Below, in pieces: positions 44,311 to 53,685 of a stretch of 64,000 nucleotides of DNA (position 1 is its first letter; each line of letters starts with the position of its first letter). The notes under the pieces were generated by a model. It was not told the origin of the DNA. It saw nothing but the letters and a program-made list of their open reading frames with translations, and ran no database searches. Source of the stretch: a bacterium (lineage in GTDB: Bacteria; Krumholzibacteriota; Krumholzibacteriia; LZORAL124-64-63); NCBI GenBank assembly GCA_031441465.1, contig JANOEP010000072.1, positions 15,018-79,017 on the forward strand, read 5' to 3'. The translations under genes and the position numbers were made by a program.

Positions 44311-45597
44311 CTAGACGCGGCCGCGCAGGCGGCAGGCCTCGGCCACGCGCTGGATGGCGATCATGTACGCCGCGTCGCGCATGGGCACGTTCTGGGTTTC
44401 GGCGAGGTCGGCCACGCCGTGGAAAGCCTTGGTCATGATGGCGTCGAGGCGCTCCAGGACCTCGTCCTTGGGCCAGAAGTAGTTCATGTTGCACTGGACC
44501 TGCTCGAAGTACGAGCACGTCACGCCGCCGGCGTTGCACAGGAAGTCGGGGATCGTGAAGACGCCGTGGGCGAACAGGACCTCGTCCGCCTCGGGCGTGG
44601 TCGGGCCGTTGGCGCCTTCGGCCATGAACTTCACGCGCTTGCCGATCTTCTTGACCGTCGCGGCGTTGACCTGGTTCTCCAGGGCGCAGGGCAGCAGGAT
44701 GTCGACGTCCTGCTCGATCCAGGCGTCGCCCGGCAGCACCTCGTAGCCGGCGGCCTTGGCCTTGGCCTTGTCGATGCCGCCGAAGCGGTCCGCCATGCCC
44801 TGCAGCTCGTGCAGGTTGATCCCGGACGTCTTCTTGAAGGTATAGCTGGTCTGGTCGCCCTGGTCCCAGCTCGAGACGCAGATCGCGCGGCCGCCCAGCT
44901 TCGTGTACAGCTCGACGCCGTACTGGGAGACGTTGCCGAAGCCCTGGAAGGAGGCCGTGGTCTTGGCGATGTCGACGCCCTTGCGCTTCAGCGCCTCGCG
45001 CAGCGTGTAGACGACGCCGTAGCCGGTCGCCTCGGTGCGGCCCTCGCTGCCGCCCATGCCCAGGGGCTTGCCGGTGATCATGCCGGGGAAGTGGCCGCGG
45101 TGGATCTTCTCGTACTCGTCCATCATCCACAGCATGTGCTGGCCGTTGGTCATCACGTCGGGAGCGGGCACATCCTGGACCGGGCCGATGTAGCCGGAGA
45201 CCTGCTGGACCCAGCCCCGGCACAGCCCTTCCTGCTCGCGCTGGGAGAGGTGGTGGGGGTCGCAGATCACGCCGCCCTTGCCGCCGCCCAGCGGAATGTT
45301 CACCACGGCGCACTTCCAGGTCATCCAGGTGGCCAGCGCGCGCACCGTGTCGACGGTCTCCTGGGGGTGGAAGCGGATGCCGCCCTTGCAGGGGCCGCGC
45401 GCGTCGTTGTGCTGCACGCGGAAACCGCGGAATATCTTCATGCTCCCGTCATCCATGCGCACCGGGACGTTGAACTGGAACTCGCGGTCGGGATTGCGCA
45501 GCAGATCCCGCGTCGCCTGGTCAAGACCCAGCATCTCGGCCACGCGGTCGAACTGCTGCTGGGCCATCGCGAAAGCGTTGAACGACTTGTCGGCCAT
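44311..45597 (-). CDS. gdhA: Glu/Leu/Phe/Val dehydrogenase (glutamate dehydrogenase)
   Basis: RVQHNDARGPCKGGIRF, MTWK, GGGKGG, DVPAPD, ITGKP, ATGYG, EGANGP, NAGGVT.SYFE. Confidence 0.93.
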   Translation of the reverse strand: MADKSFNAFAMAQQQFDRVAEMLGLDQATRDLLRNPDREFQFNVPVRMDDGSMKIFRGFRVQHNDARGPCKGGIRFHPQETVDTVRALATWMTWKCAVVNIPLGGGKGGVICDPHHLSQREQEGLCRGWVQQVSGYIGPVQDVPAPDVMTNGQHMLWMMDEYEKIHRGHFPGMITGKPLGMGGSEGRTEATGYGVVYTLREALKRKGVDIAKTTASFQGFGNVSQYGVELYTKLGGRAICVSSWDQGDQTSYTFKKTSGINLHELQGMADRFGGIDKAKAKAAGYEVLPGDAWIEQDVDILLPCALENQVNAATVKKIGKRVKFMAEGANGPTTPEADEVLFAHGVFTIPDFLCNAGGVTCSYFEQVQCNMNYFWPKDEVLERLDAIMTKAFHGVADLAETQNVPMRDAAYMIAIQRVAEACRLRGRV

Positions 45598-45888
45598 GTC
45601 CTCGCTCCTCGATGAGAAACGTCCCGTGTCCGCGTCTGGATCGGGGCAGGTCCCGGTTCCGGACCCCGGGCCGGGATGGCTCGGGTGCGCGGTGCGGCGC
45701 CGGATGATCCGTCGCCGCAGCCCAAATCTAGGCTCCCGGGGCAGGTCGTCCAAAGAAAAACAGGTCCGCGACGCCGTCGCCGTCGTGAACGGTTCACGGA
45801 CGGCGCCCCGGATCGGGACTTGCCGTCCCGGGAAATCCTGCGTATCCCTGTGATGCTTGTTGCAACAACCTTTATCGGAGGCACCCGC

Positions 45889-46143
45889 ATGGACAAGCCG
45901 AAAATCGCCGACACCCGGCCCAAGGTGCTCGATCTGCAGCCCGGCACCTACTACTACTGCGCCTGCGGCGAATCGCAGAGCCAGCCCTTCTGCGACGGCG
46001 CGCACACGGGCACCGCGTTCGCGCCGCTGAAGTTCGAGATCGCCGAGACCACCCGCGCCGCCCTCTGCCAGTGCAAGCGCTCCCGCGAGGAACCGCACTG
46101 CGACGGCAGCCACAAACTGTACACGCAAGGAGAGACGCGATGA
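45889..46143 (+). CDS. CDGSH iron-sulfur domain protein (two motifs)
   Basis: CACGES..QPFCDGAH and CQCK....PHCDGSH. Confidence 0.92.
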   Translation: MDKPKIADTRPKVLDLQPGTYYYCACGESQSQPFCDGAHTGTAFAPLKFEIAETTRAALCQCKRSREEPHCDGSHKLYTQGETR

Positions 46144-46730
46144 AGATCCGCAACACGATGTCGGCCTTCCTGGCCGTGAGCCTGCTGACGGCGGCCGTCG
46201 CCGGCGCCGCCACCTACACCATCGACGCCAGCCACTCGTCGGTGGGCTTCAAGGTGCGCCACATGATGGTCAGCAAGGTGACCGGGTCGTTCGGCGAGTT
46301 CGCCGGCACCGTCGACTACGTCGAGGGCCAGCCCGGGCAATGGACCACCACCGCGACGATCAAGACCGCGTCGGTCAACACCAACGACGCCAAGCGCGAC
46401 GGCCACCTCAGCGGCGCCGACTTCTTCGACGCCGAGAAGTACCCCGAGATCACCTTCGCCTCCAAGGGCGTGCGCAAGGAAGGCGACGGCTGGGTCCTGG
46501 CCGGCGACCTGACCATGCACGGCGTGACCAAGCCCGTCGAGCTGGCGCTGGAGTTCAACGGCGCCATGACCGACCCCTGGGGCAACAACCGCATCGGTTT
46601 TTCCGCTGAGGGTGTCCTGGACCGCCGCGACTTCGGGATCAGCTACAACACCGTGCTGGACAAGGGCGGCGTGGCGGCCAGCAACGAGGTCGACCTGATG
46701 CTGGAGATCGAGGCCATCGCGAACAAGTAG
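46140..46730 (+). CDS. YceI family periplasmic protein
   Basis: YTIDASHSSVGFKVRHMMVS, RDGHL..ADFFD, GDLTMHGVT. Confidence 0.95.
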   Translation: MKIRNTMSAFLAVSLLTAAVAGAATYTIDASHSSVGFKVRHMMVSKVTGSFGEFAGTVDYVEGQPGQWTTTATIKTASVNTNDAKRDGHLSGADFFDAEKYPEITFASKGVRKEGDGWVLAGDLTMHGVTKPVELALEFNGAMTDPWGNNRIGFSAEGVLDRRDFGISYNTVLDKGGVAASNEVDLMLEIEAIANK

Positions 46731-46758
46731 CGGGTGGACTGACCCAGTCGATACCAAA

Positions 46759-46788
46759 GAAGGGGCGGCCCACCCGGGCCGCCCCTTC
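46759..46788. terminator. Bidirectional intrinsic terminator
   Basis: GAAGGGGCGGCCC-accc-GGGCCGCCCCTTC between convergent genes. Confidence 0.8.
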
Positions 46789-46811
46789 GTTCTGTCCTTC
46801 GCGGCGTCGGC

Positions 46812-49430
46812 CTAGCGCACCATCATGATGCGGCCGACCTTCGTCTCGCCGCCGGCGCGGGCCCGCACAAAGTACACGCCCGAAGGCGCCGTGCGACCGC
46901 TCGTGTCGCGGCCGTCCCAGGTCAGCAGCACCGTGCCGGCCGCGCTGTCGCCGGCGTGGAGGCTGCGCACGACCTGGCCGCGGGCGTTGTAGACGTCCAC
47001 GGTCAGGGCGCCGGCCCGCGGCAGGTTTAACTGGATGCCGGCCCGGTCGCCGGTCACCCCGCCGAGCACCGACAGCCCGAGGCTGCGCAGCGCGTCCCCG
47101 GCGCCGACGATGTACGACTCGTAGAGGAAGCTCCAGGTATCGCCGAGCGGGCCGCGGGCCGTGGGGTCGGCGGCGTAGGCCCGCCACCAGTAGGTGCCGT
47201 CCACGGTGAGGCCCGGGAAGAAGGACGGGGAGGTGAGGCCGTCGGCGCGCGCGGCCAGGTCGGTGCCCAGGGCGTCGCGATAGACGCGGAAGCCGTAGGT
47301 GACCGGGCCGGGGCCGTCGGGATCGGTCGACGTTGCGGCGACGAGCTCGGTGACCGGTCCCAGGGGGCCGCCGTCGTACGGCGACACGAGCGCCGGCGCG
47401 GGCGGCGTCTGGTTCTGCGAGCCCAGGCCGGTCACGATCAGGTCGTCGAGGTACCAGCCGTCGAGGGTGACCGAGGAGTCCGTCTCGAACCGGAAGCGCA
47501 GGTAGACGGACTGGCCGGCGTAGGCGCTCAGGTCGACTTCGGCCTGGGTCCAGGCCGTGATCGTGCCGTTGTACGTCGCCACCGTGGTCCAGGTGGAGTT
47601 GTTGGTCGAGACCTGCACGTAAGCGTAGTCGTAGCCCGACTCGAGCGCGTACTTGTGCCAGAACGACAGCTTGGCGCCGGCCGGCATGGCGATGGGCGTG
47701 TTCAGCGAGGCGTAGGTCGCGCTGTTGTCGACGTAGTCGCCGGCGGGCGAGTCGTGCAGCGAGTGCGTGGCCGAGTGGCTGGAGTTGGTGACCAGGGCCC
47801 AGGTGCCCGTCGTCGTCCAGCCGGCGAAGCCGCTCTCGAAGGTGTTGCTGTAGACCGAGACGGGCAGGCCCGCCGGGTAGTTCAGGGTGAACGAACTGGT
47901 CTGGCCGTCGGCGACCACGGTCACGTGCACGGGCACGCTGTGGGCCGGCGGGACTCCGGCGTCCAGGGTCACGGAGAAGGGCGTCGCCGTCAGCGACAGC
48001 GAGGAGCGGGCGCCGATCGCGCCCACGGTGCGCTGGGCCTCGTGCAGCTGGAGGTAGGGGTCGTCGCTGGACAGCGTCACCGAGACCGAGGAGGCGCCCA
48101 CGGTCACGCCCAGGTTCTCGAGCGTGAAGGCGAGGCCGGCCGTCTCGCCGGGATCCAGGATGGCGTCGCCGTCGCCGCCGACGACCGCCGGGGTCCTGGC
48201 CTGGACGTAGAGTCCGGCCGCCTTGACCTGGTAGAGCGAGGGGAAGAGGTTCTCGGCGAAGAGCGCCGGGATGCGCGACTCGTCGGGCCAGAACCCGTCA
48301 CCGCTGCCGCCGATCTCGTTGGAGAAGGCGAGGCACTCGGGGTGCTCGCTGGTGGCGCCGTAGACCCAGTCGAAGGAGCCGCCGTTGACCGCGTAGAGCA
48401 GGTCGGGCGCCTGGCCGGGTTCGTAGGCGTTGTACTGGCACATGATCGCGGCCATGTGCTGGAAGACCGCCTCGTCGGGCGAGTTGGTGGACGTGTAGCC
48501 CCACGGGTACAGCGTCAGGTTGCTGTAGGTGTGGAAGCTCTGCGAGGTGATGAAGTTGTGCGAGTTGACGAGGGCCATGATCGCCTGGACCTCGCGCTCG
48601 CTGCCGGCCGAGGGGCCGCGGTAGGTGTCGTCGCTGGGGATCGTGCTGCTGCCGCCGCCGACCCACTGGTACGGGTAGTTGCGGTTGGGGTCGACGCCGT
48701 ACGAGCCGTCGCCGTTGGCGCGCCGGTTCTTGCGCCACATGCCGCCGCCGGTCGGGTTGGTCGACTCGTTGTAGAGGAACCCGTCCGGGTTCACGATCGG
48801 CACGATGTAGATCTCGCGGTTGTCGAGCAGCCAGGTGATCTCGGGATCGACGCCGTAATGCGAGCCGAAGTACTCCACGAGCATCGAGGCGGTTTCCGAG
48901 GACATGATCTCGCGGGCGTGGTGCATGGCGTCGAACAGGATCTCGGGCTCGCCCGCCTCGTTGACCTCGGGATTGTCGGAGACGCGGACGCACCAGATCG
49001 CGTTGCCCTGCAGCGTCGTGCCCAGGCTCCACTTGGCGCTGACGACCTCGGGGTACAGGGTGTGCAGCTGGTCGAGCCAGGTGATGGTCTCGGAGTAGGA
49101 ATGGAACAGGCCGAAGTTCAGGCCCCGGTTGCGCGAGGCGTACATCGCCTCCATGTCGGGCTCCACCACTTCGTAGCGCACGCCGGCCTGGTCGAGCCAG
49201 GTCAGGTCCTTGGGCAGGGCCACGATCTCGACGTGGTGGCCGGGTTTGCGGGCCACGATGTCCAGGCCGGGGTTGGTGCTCAGGGCCGCCTCGACGCCCG
49301 TGGCGTCCAGCGCGACGCGCACCAGGGCGTACTTGGGATTCTCGGCCGAGGCGGTGGACGCCAGGCACAGGACGAGCAGCAGGGCTGCCGCGATCAGGGC
49401 GCGGCTTGGGAGATGCAGGCGAATGGACAT
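46812..49430 (-). CDS. M14 zinc carboxypeptidase with beta-sandwich domains and FlgD-Ig/T9SS-like C-terminal domain
   Basis: Signal peptide; HHARE, WRKNRR, DPNRNY, FHTYS; C-terminus VYNARGQVVR.L...WDGRD.SG...SGVYFVR. Confidence 0.92.
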   Translation of the reverse strand: MSIRLHLPSRALIAAALLLVLCLASTASAENPKYALVRVALDATGVEAALSTNPGLDIVARKPGHHVEIVALPKDLTWLDQAGVRYEVVEPDMEAMYASRNRGLNFGLFHSYSETITWLDQLHTLYPEVVSAKWSLGTTLQGNAIWCVRVSDNPEVNEAGEPEILFDAMHHAREIMSSETASMLVEYFGSHYGVDPEITWLLDNREIYIVPIVNPDGFLYNESTNPTGGGMWRKNRRANGDGSYGVDPNRNYPYQWVGGGSSTIPSDDTYRGPSAGSEREVQAIMALVNSHNFITSQSFHTYSNLTLYPWGYTSTNSPDEAVFQHMAAIMCQYNAYEPGQAPDLLYAVNGGSFDWVYGATSEHPECLAFSNEIGGSGDGFWPDESRIPALFAENLFPSLYQVKAAGLYVQARTPAVVGGDGDAILDPGETAGLAFTLENLGVTVGASSVSVTLSSDDPYLQLHEAQRTVGAIGARSSLSLTATPFSVTLDAGVPPAHSVPVHVTVVADGQTSSFTLNYPAGLPVSVYSNTFESGFAGWTTTGTWALVTNSSHSATHSLHDSPAGDYVDNSATYASLNTPIAMPAGAKLSFWHKYALESGYDYAYVQVSTNNSTWTTVATYNGTITAWTQAEVDLSAYAGQSVYLRFRFETDSSVTLDGWYLDDLIVTGLGSQNQTPPAPALVSPYDGGPLGPVTELVAATSTDPDGPGPVTYGFRVYRDALGTDLAARADGLTSPSFFPGLTVDGTYWWRAYAADPTARGPLGDTWSFLYESYIVGAGDALRSLGLSVLGGVTGDRAGIQLNLPRAGALTVDVYNARGQVVRSLHAGDSAAGTVLLTWDGRDTSGRTAPSGVYFVRARAGGETKVGRIMMVR

Positions 49431-49563
49431 CGGGGCCTCCAGCCTCGTGAGGGTCGCGAGAGCCAAGGATTGAGTGTGGCGGGTACTCGATTCTAGCATG
49501 TCCGGCAGATTGATGCCAGAACTCGGTTTTTGTCGTTCAGAGGGGTTGTGGATTCGCGTCCTG

Positions 49564-49602
49564 ATAGTAACGGTTGACGTTAATAACGTCTCGCGTTACT
49601 AT
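49564..49602 (+). promoter_or_regulatory. higBA-type promoter embedded in a 39-bp imperfect palindrome
   Basis: ATAGTAACG..GACGTTA-A-TAACGTC..CGTTACTAT centred on 49583; -35 TTGACG (49574-79), 17 nt, -10 TACTAT (49597-602). Confidence 0.8.
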
Positions 49603-49611
49603 AGGGGTGGC

Positions 49612-49644
49612 ATGATCAAGTCGCTCAAGGGAAAAATAGGTGAC
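49612..49644 (+). pseudogene. Possible remnant of a higB toxin 5' end
   Basis: ATG gives MIKSLKGKIGD, in frame with higA and resembling the MIKSF(K/R) start of HigB toxins. Confidence 0.45.
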
Positions 49645-49965
49645 ATGAGCGGTCAGAAGCTCCCCCCAGTTCATCCCGGCGAGATCCTGAACGCGGAGTA
49701 CCTCGTGCCGCTGGGGATCAGCCAGTACCGACTCGCCAAGGAAATGAGCGTGCCGCCGCGCCGCATCAACGAGATCGTTCACGGGAAACGTGCGATTAGT
49801 GCGGACACCGCCCTGCGGCTGTCGCGGTTCTTCGGCACGACCGAGCAGTTCTGGGTCAATCTGCAAGTCAGGTACGATATGGAGATCGAGAAGGATCGGC
49901 TTGCGGATCGGCTCGAGAAGGAAGTGTCGGTGTACAAGGCGCCTGGAAGCTGGAACGTGATCTGA
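49645..49965 (+). CDS. higA: HigA family addiction-module antitoxin (Xre HTH)
   Basis: PPVHPGEIL, ISQYRLA, RRINEIVHGKRAISADTALRL.RFFGT...FW.NLQ..YD. Confidence 0.93.
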   Translation: MSGQKLPPVHPGEILNAEYLVPLGISQYRLAKEMSVPPRRINEIVHGKRAISADTALRLSRFFGTTEQFWVNLQVRYDMEIEKDRLADRLEKEVSVYKAPGSWNVI

Positions 49966-49999
49966 CGGTGTGCATGCGGATCGACGGCTATGAACGAAC

Positions 50000-50029
50000 A
50001 AAGCCCCTGTCCATCGACAGGGGCTTTGC
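50000..50029. terminator. Bidirectional terminator
   Basis: CAAAGCCCCTGTC-catc-GACAGGGGCTTTG. Confidence 0.8.
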
Positions 50030-50048
50030 CGTGGCCTCTGTGTCGGAA

Positions 50049-51113
50049 TCACTTCTTCTTTGTCGGCGCCGACTTTTTCTTGGCCGCCGGCGCCTTCGCG
50101 GCCGGTTTCTTCGCCGCCGCCGTCCTGCCCGCCTTCTTCTCCTTGTCCATCTCCGCGCCCATGCGGTCGACTTCCCGGGCGGTCTGACGCACGGCTTCGA
50201 CCGAGGCCTTGAACAGTTCCTTCTCGGCGGGGGTCATCTTGACCTCGATGATCCGCTCGATGCCGCCGCGGCCCATGACGGCCGGCACGCCGATGAACAG
50301 GCCGTGGACGCCGTACTCGCCCTCGAGCAGGGTGGCCACCGGCAGGATCTTCTTCTTGTCGTGGACCTGGGCCTCCATCATCTCCAGGGTGGCCCAGCAC
50401 GGGCTGACGAAGGCCGAACCGGTGCCGAGCAGGCTGACGACCTCGCCGCCGGCCTTGCGCACGCGGTCCTCGATCTCGTCCAGCTTCTTGCTGCTGATGA
50501 ACTGCTCGACCGGCATGCCCGCGATGCGGGTGCAGCTGCGGATCGGCACCATGGTGTCGCCGTGGCCGCCCAGGACCATCGCCTCGACGTTCTCCACCGA
50601 CACGCCCGCTTCCTGGGCGATGAACAGGCGGTAGCGGGCGGTGTCCAGCACGCCGGCCATGCCCGAGATCCGGTGCTTGGGCTTCTTGAGCTTCTGGTGC
50701 AGGCGGTAGACGATGGCGTCCAGCGGGTTGGCGATGTTCACCAGGCAGGCGTCGGGGCAGTACATGTTGATGCCGTCGGCGACCGCGTCGGCGATCTGCA
50801 GGTTCGTGGCCAGCAGTTCCTCGCGGCTCGGGAAGGTGCCGTCGGGGCGCATGGCGCGCGGCACGCCGGCGGTGTTGATGACGCACTCGCAACCCTCCAG
50901 CGCGCTGAAGTCGCGCGAGGCGACGAAGTTGACGTCGGCGTTGATGATGGGCGTGCCTTCGGCCACGTCCAGGGCCTTGCCGGCCGCGACCGCCGGCGGC
51001 TTGATGTCCACGATGCCGATCGTGCGCGCCAGCTTGCGGGCGGCGATCTCCAGCAGCAGGATGCCGCCGATGTTGCCGGCGCCGACGATGCCCAGTTTTC
51101 TCTTGATGGCCAT
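50049..51113 (-). CDS. mdh: Malate dehydrogenase (LDH-like) with Lys/Ala/Pro-rich C-terminal tail
   Basis: GAGNIG, TAGVPR...SREELL..N, ANPLD, GVLDTAR, LGGHGD, GTGSAF. Confidence 0.9.
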   Translation of the reverse strand: MAIKRKLGIVGAGNIGGILLLEIAARKLARTIGIVDIKPPAVAAGKALDVAEGTPIINADVNFVASRDFSALEGCECVINTAGVPRAMRPDGTFPSREELLATNLQIADAVADGINMYCPDACLVNIANPLDAIVYRLHQKLKKPKHRISGMAGVLDTARYRLFIAQEAGVSVENVEAMVLGGHGDTMVPIRSCTRIAGMPVEQFISSKKLDEIEDRVRKAGGEVVSLLGTGSAFVSPCWATLEMMEAQVHDKKKILPVATLLEGEYGVHGLFIGVPAVMGRGGIERIIEVKMTPAEKELFKASVEAVRQTAREVDRMGAEMDKEKKAGRTAAAKKPAAKAPAAKKKSAPTKKK

Positions 51114-51240
51114 GCTCGTTCTCCTCAGGGTCTGACGACGGTTGGTTGCGCAGTGCGGTAATCTACACGGGTCGAGAACCCTCTTTCAACGTGAAAATCT
51201 CACAGCATGATGCTGGCCGCGGGTCGGCGGACAGTCTACC

Positions 51241-51849
51241 ATGGTCGGCATGAACAGCTGGGACGACAAATACGCTGCCGAACGCTACTACTACGGCACC
51301 GAGCCCAACGAGCTGGTGCGGGACGCGATCGCCGGTCTGCCGACCGGCCGGGCCCTGTTCCTGGCCGAGGGGGAGGGCCGCAACGCCGTCCACGCCGCCT
51401 CCCTGGGCCACGAGGTCGTCGCGGTGGACTCGTCGGCCGAAGGCCGCCGCAAGGCGCTGGCCCTGGCCGCCGAGCGCGGCGTGACCCTGACCTACCTCCT
51501 GGGCGATGTCGAGGTCACGGACTGGGACGACGCCCCCTACGACCTGGCCGTGCTCTGCTTCTTCCACAACGCGCCCGCCGCGCGCGCCCGCATCCACGCC
51601 CGCGTCGCCGCGGCGCTGCGGCCGGGCGGCCGGCTGGTCGTGGTCGCGTTCGCGAAGGAGCAGTTCGGCCGCGGCACCGGGGGGCCGCGGGATCTCGAAC
51701 TCCTGCAGGATCTCACCGAGGTGTGCGGGGATTTCCCGGGCGTGACCTGGGAGCGGACCGAGCGGCTGGAGGTCGTCCAGCGCGAGGGTCCCGGCCACGA
51801 CGGGGCGGCGTCGGTGAACCTGCTGGTGGGGACCGCCGGTCAGCGGTAG
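51241..51849 (+). CDS. Class I SAM-dependent methyltransferase (TehB-like)
   Basis: WDDKY....YYYGTEPN, LFLAEGEGRNAV; start may be 51250. Confidence 0.88.
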   Translation: MVGMNSWDDKYAAERYYYGTEPNELVRDAIAGLPTGRALFLAEGEGRNAVHAASLGHEVVAVDSSAEGRRKALALAAERGVTLTYLLGDVEVTDWDDAPYDLAVLCFFHNAPAARARIHARVAAALRPGGRLVVVAFAKEQFGRGTGGPRDLELLQDLTEVCGDFPGVTWERTERLEVVQREGPGHDGAASVNLLVGTAGQR

Positions 51850-52508
51850 GCGGCTTTGATGGTGGACCAGCTTCCCGACTGCGCCGCGACGGTGCCCTCG
51901 TAGACGATGACCAAGCGCGGCGGGATCGCGTAGGCCGTACCCCCCACGGAAATCCAGTCCTCGTAGCCCACTTCGGAGTACACGCCGGCCAGCAGGAAGC
52001 CCGCCCGCGCCGCGCCGCCGGCGACGAGATCCTGCACCGCCGCGGTGACGTCGAAACTCAGATCGACGTTGGCCGACGACGGGAACACCACATCCAGCAT
52101 GGTGTCGGGGCTCAGCGCGTTGCGGTCCACCGAGACCGGTTCGCCCGTCGCCGGGTAGTCGAAGACGCCGACGTAGGGGAAGCCCTCGGAGTCGTCGGAG
52201 TAGCCGGTCTTGCGGACCGTCAGCGTGGCTGAGATCACCGGCTGCTGGGCCGGCACGGCGTCGAGACTGAACTCCAGGCTGGTCGCCCACTCCGAGTCGC
52301 AGCCCGCCGCCTCGCCCCCGATCTTCAGGTGCAGGGCGGTTGAGACGGTGCCGGCCGTGAATTTCGTTTCCTGGAGGCAGGCGCCGGCGCTCTCCTCGCG
52401 CTCGTCGTCGCCGCACTGCAAGGGGGGGATGGTGGCGGTGTCGGAGGCTGATGAAGTTGCCGCTATGACGATGAGCAGATAGCAAAGCAGCGAGATCTTG
52501 TGAAACAT
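51840..52508 (-). CDS. Secreted hypothetical protein (DNRLRE-like fold, tentative) with C-terminal SWSTIKAAYR tail
   Basis: Signal peptide; EFSLDAVP....ISATLT, FDVTAAVQ...GFLL, PPRLVIVY; shared tail. Confidence 0.75.
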   Translation of the reverse strand: MFHKISLLCYLLIVIAATSSASDTATIPPLQCGDDEREESAGACLQETKFTAGTVSTALHLKIGGEAAGCDSEWATSLEFSLDAVPAQQPVISATLTVRKTGYSDDSEGFPYVGVFDYPATGEPVSVDRNALSPDTMLDVVFPSSANVDLSFDVTAAVQDLVAGGAARAGFLLAGVYSEVGYEDWISVGGTAYAIPPRLVIVYEGTVAAQSGSWSTIKAAYR

Positions 52509-52520
52509 GGATCCCCAATT

Positions 52521-53672
52521 CTATCTAGTGAGTGTCTGTGTTTCGGATGGTTTCTTATTGATCGGCTCCACCCGGATCAAGGTGTCAAAGACCGTGCTGG
52601 CGGCGAGACTCGCACCCGCGTCGGTCAAGTGCACGCTATCAGCGAAGGTGGCATCATCCTTGGGCATGGACGCCTCAAGATCGATCAGCACGTAGCCCAC
52701 ACTATCGCAATGCGCACGTGTGGTATTGGCGAATTCGCGTGAAATGGCCAGCAGTCCGGAGGGTGAGTAACTGGGGAGCCAGTGCTGTCGACCCAGCATG
52801 CCGGCAACGGCCGACTTCGACCCGTCGATGCGCAAACTGTTGGGATAGGTGCTGAACGCCACGTCCACGCCATTCGTGGCAAGTTGTCGGGCCAGTTTGT
52901 CCATGAGTTGGGTGTAGGCCGCCAGGTGTTGTTGCGGCGGCGAGTCGAGGAGCACGGTGGGATTGATGGGGTCGGGATGTCGTATTTTGTTTTTCAGACG
53001 TCGCAGGCCGATGGCGAGGGAGTCCGTCCATTTTTCGGGCAACCGGCTTTTCAGGCAGGCGCGGGCCTTGGGAAGAAATCGCGAGTAATCCCGCATCGTC
53101 GGTTTGCAGGCGGCACGCATGCGGGCGATACGATCAGGATTGGAAAACTCCGTCACTTCGGGCGCAGCCTCGCCATTCATGCCCTGGACGAAGCTGAAAG
53201 GACTGATGACCAAGACGACCAGGTCGGGATGCTGCGGCAATACGTAGTGATCGAGGTAGGCTGCGTATTGGAATGGGGACATGCCGACGACGGAGGCGTT
53301 GGAGCACGCGAACCCATACCGTGCGGAGATCTCAGCCAAGGCGGCGGGCCACTCCCGTCCATAGCTCTCGTAGAGTCCGTAGGATTCGGATGTTCCCAGG
53401 CATATGATGTCGGCCAAGACAGAGTCCGTGGCGGCATGATAGGGGTGTGAGCGGAAACCGCGCTCATCGTGCCGCCATTTCTCGAACCTGATGCCGGGTT
53501 GGTTGAAGGTAAGGCCGCGATCGTCCACCCAACGGAGATTCAACGACCCGTAAAAGGCAAGGGGATCGGCTCGGTAATGAATCCAGTCGTCGGCTCGGGC
53601 AGCGATCTCGAAGGTAACCCCCACTAGGATGCAGGCTATCGATAATCGAATCAGTCTGCGGGCGCGTCCCAT
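52521..53672 (-). CDS. SGNH-hydrolase-like protein (polysaccharide O-acylation partner)
   Basis: N-terminal TM, ERGFRS, LGTSESYG, FADSVHL; AT-richer; adjacent to MBOAT. Confidence 0.75.
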   Translation of the reverse strand: MGRARRLIRLSIACILVGVTFEIAARADDWIHYRADPLAFYGSLNLRWVDDRGLTFNQPGIRFEKWRHDERGFRSHPYHAATDSVLADIICLGTSESYGLYESYGREWPAALAEISARYGFACSNASVVGMSPFQYAAYLDHYVLPQHPDLVVLVISPFSFVQGMNGEAAPEVTEFSNPDRIARMRAACKPTMRDYSRFLPKARACLKSRLPEKWTDSLAIGLRRLKNKIRHPDPINPTVLLDSPPQQHLAAYTQLMDKLARQLATNGVDVAFSTYPNSLRIDGSKSAVAGMLGRQHWLPSYSPSGLLAISREFANTTRAHCDSVGYVLIDLEASMPKDDATFADSVHLTDAGASLAASTVFDTLIRVEPINKKPSETQTLTR

Positions 53673-53685
53673 GCAACCACCTACC

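Noticed and set aside
45630-45680. GATCCC/GGACCC-like 6-mer runs in intergenic leaders (also near 33575 and 39780)
   Set aside because: Low-complexity sequence with no consistent length or conserved flanks, so it cannot be supported as a repeat family.
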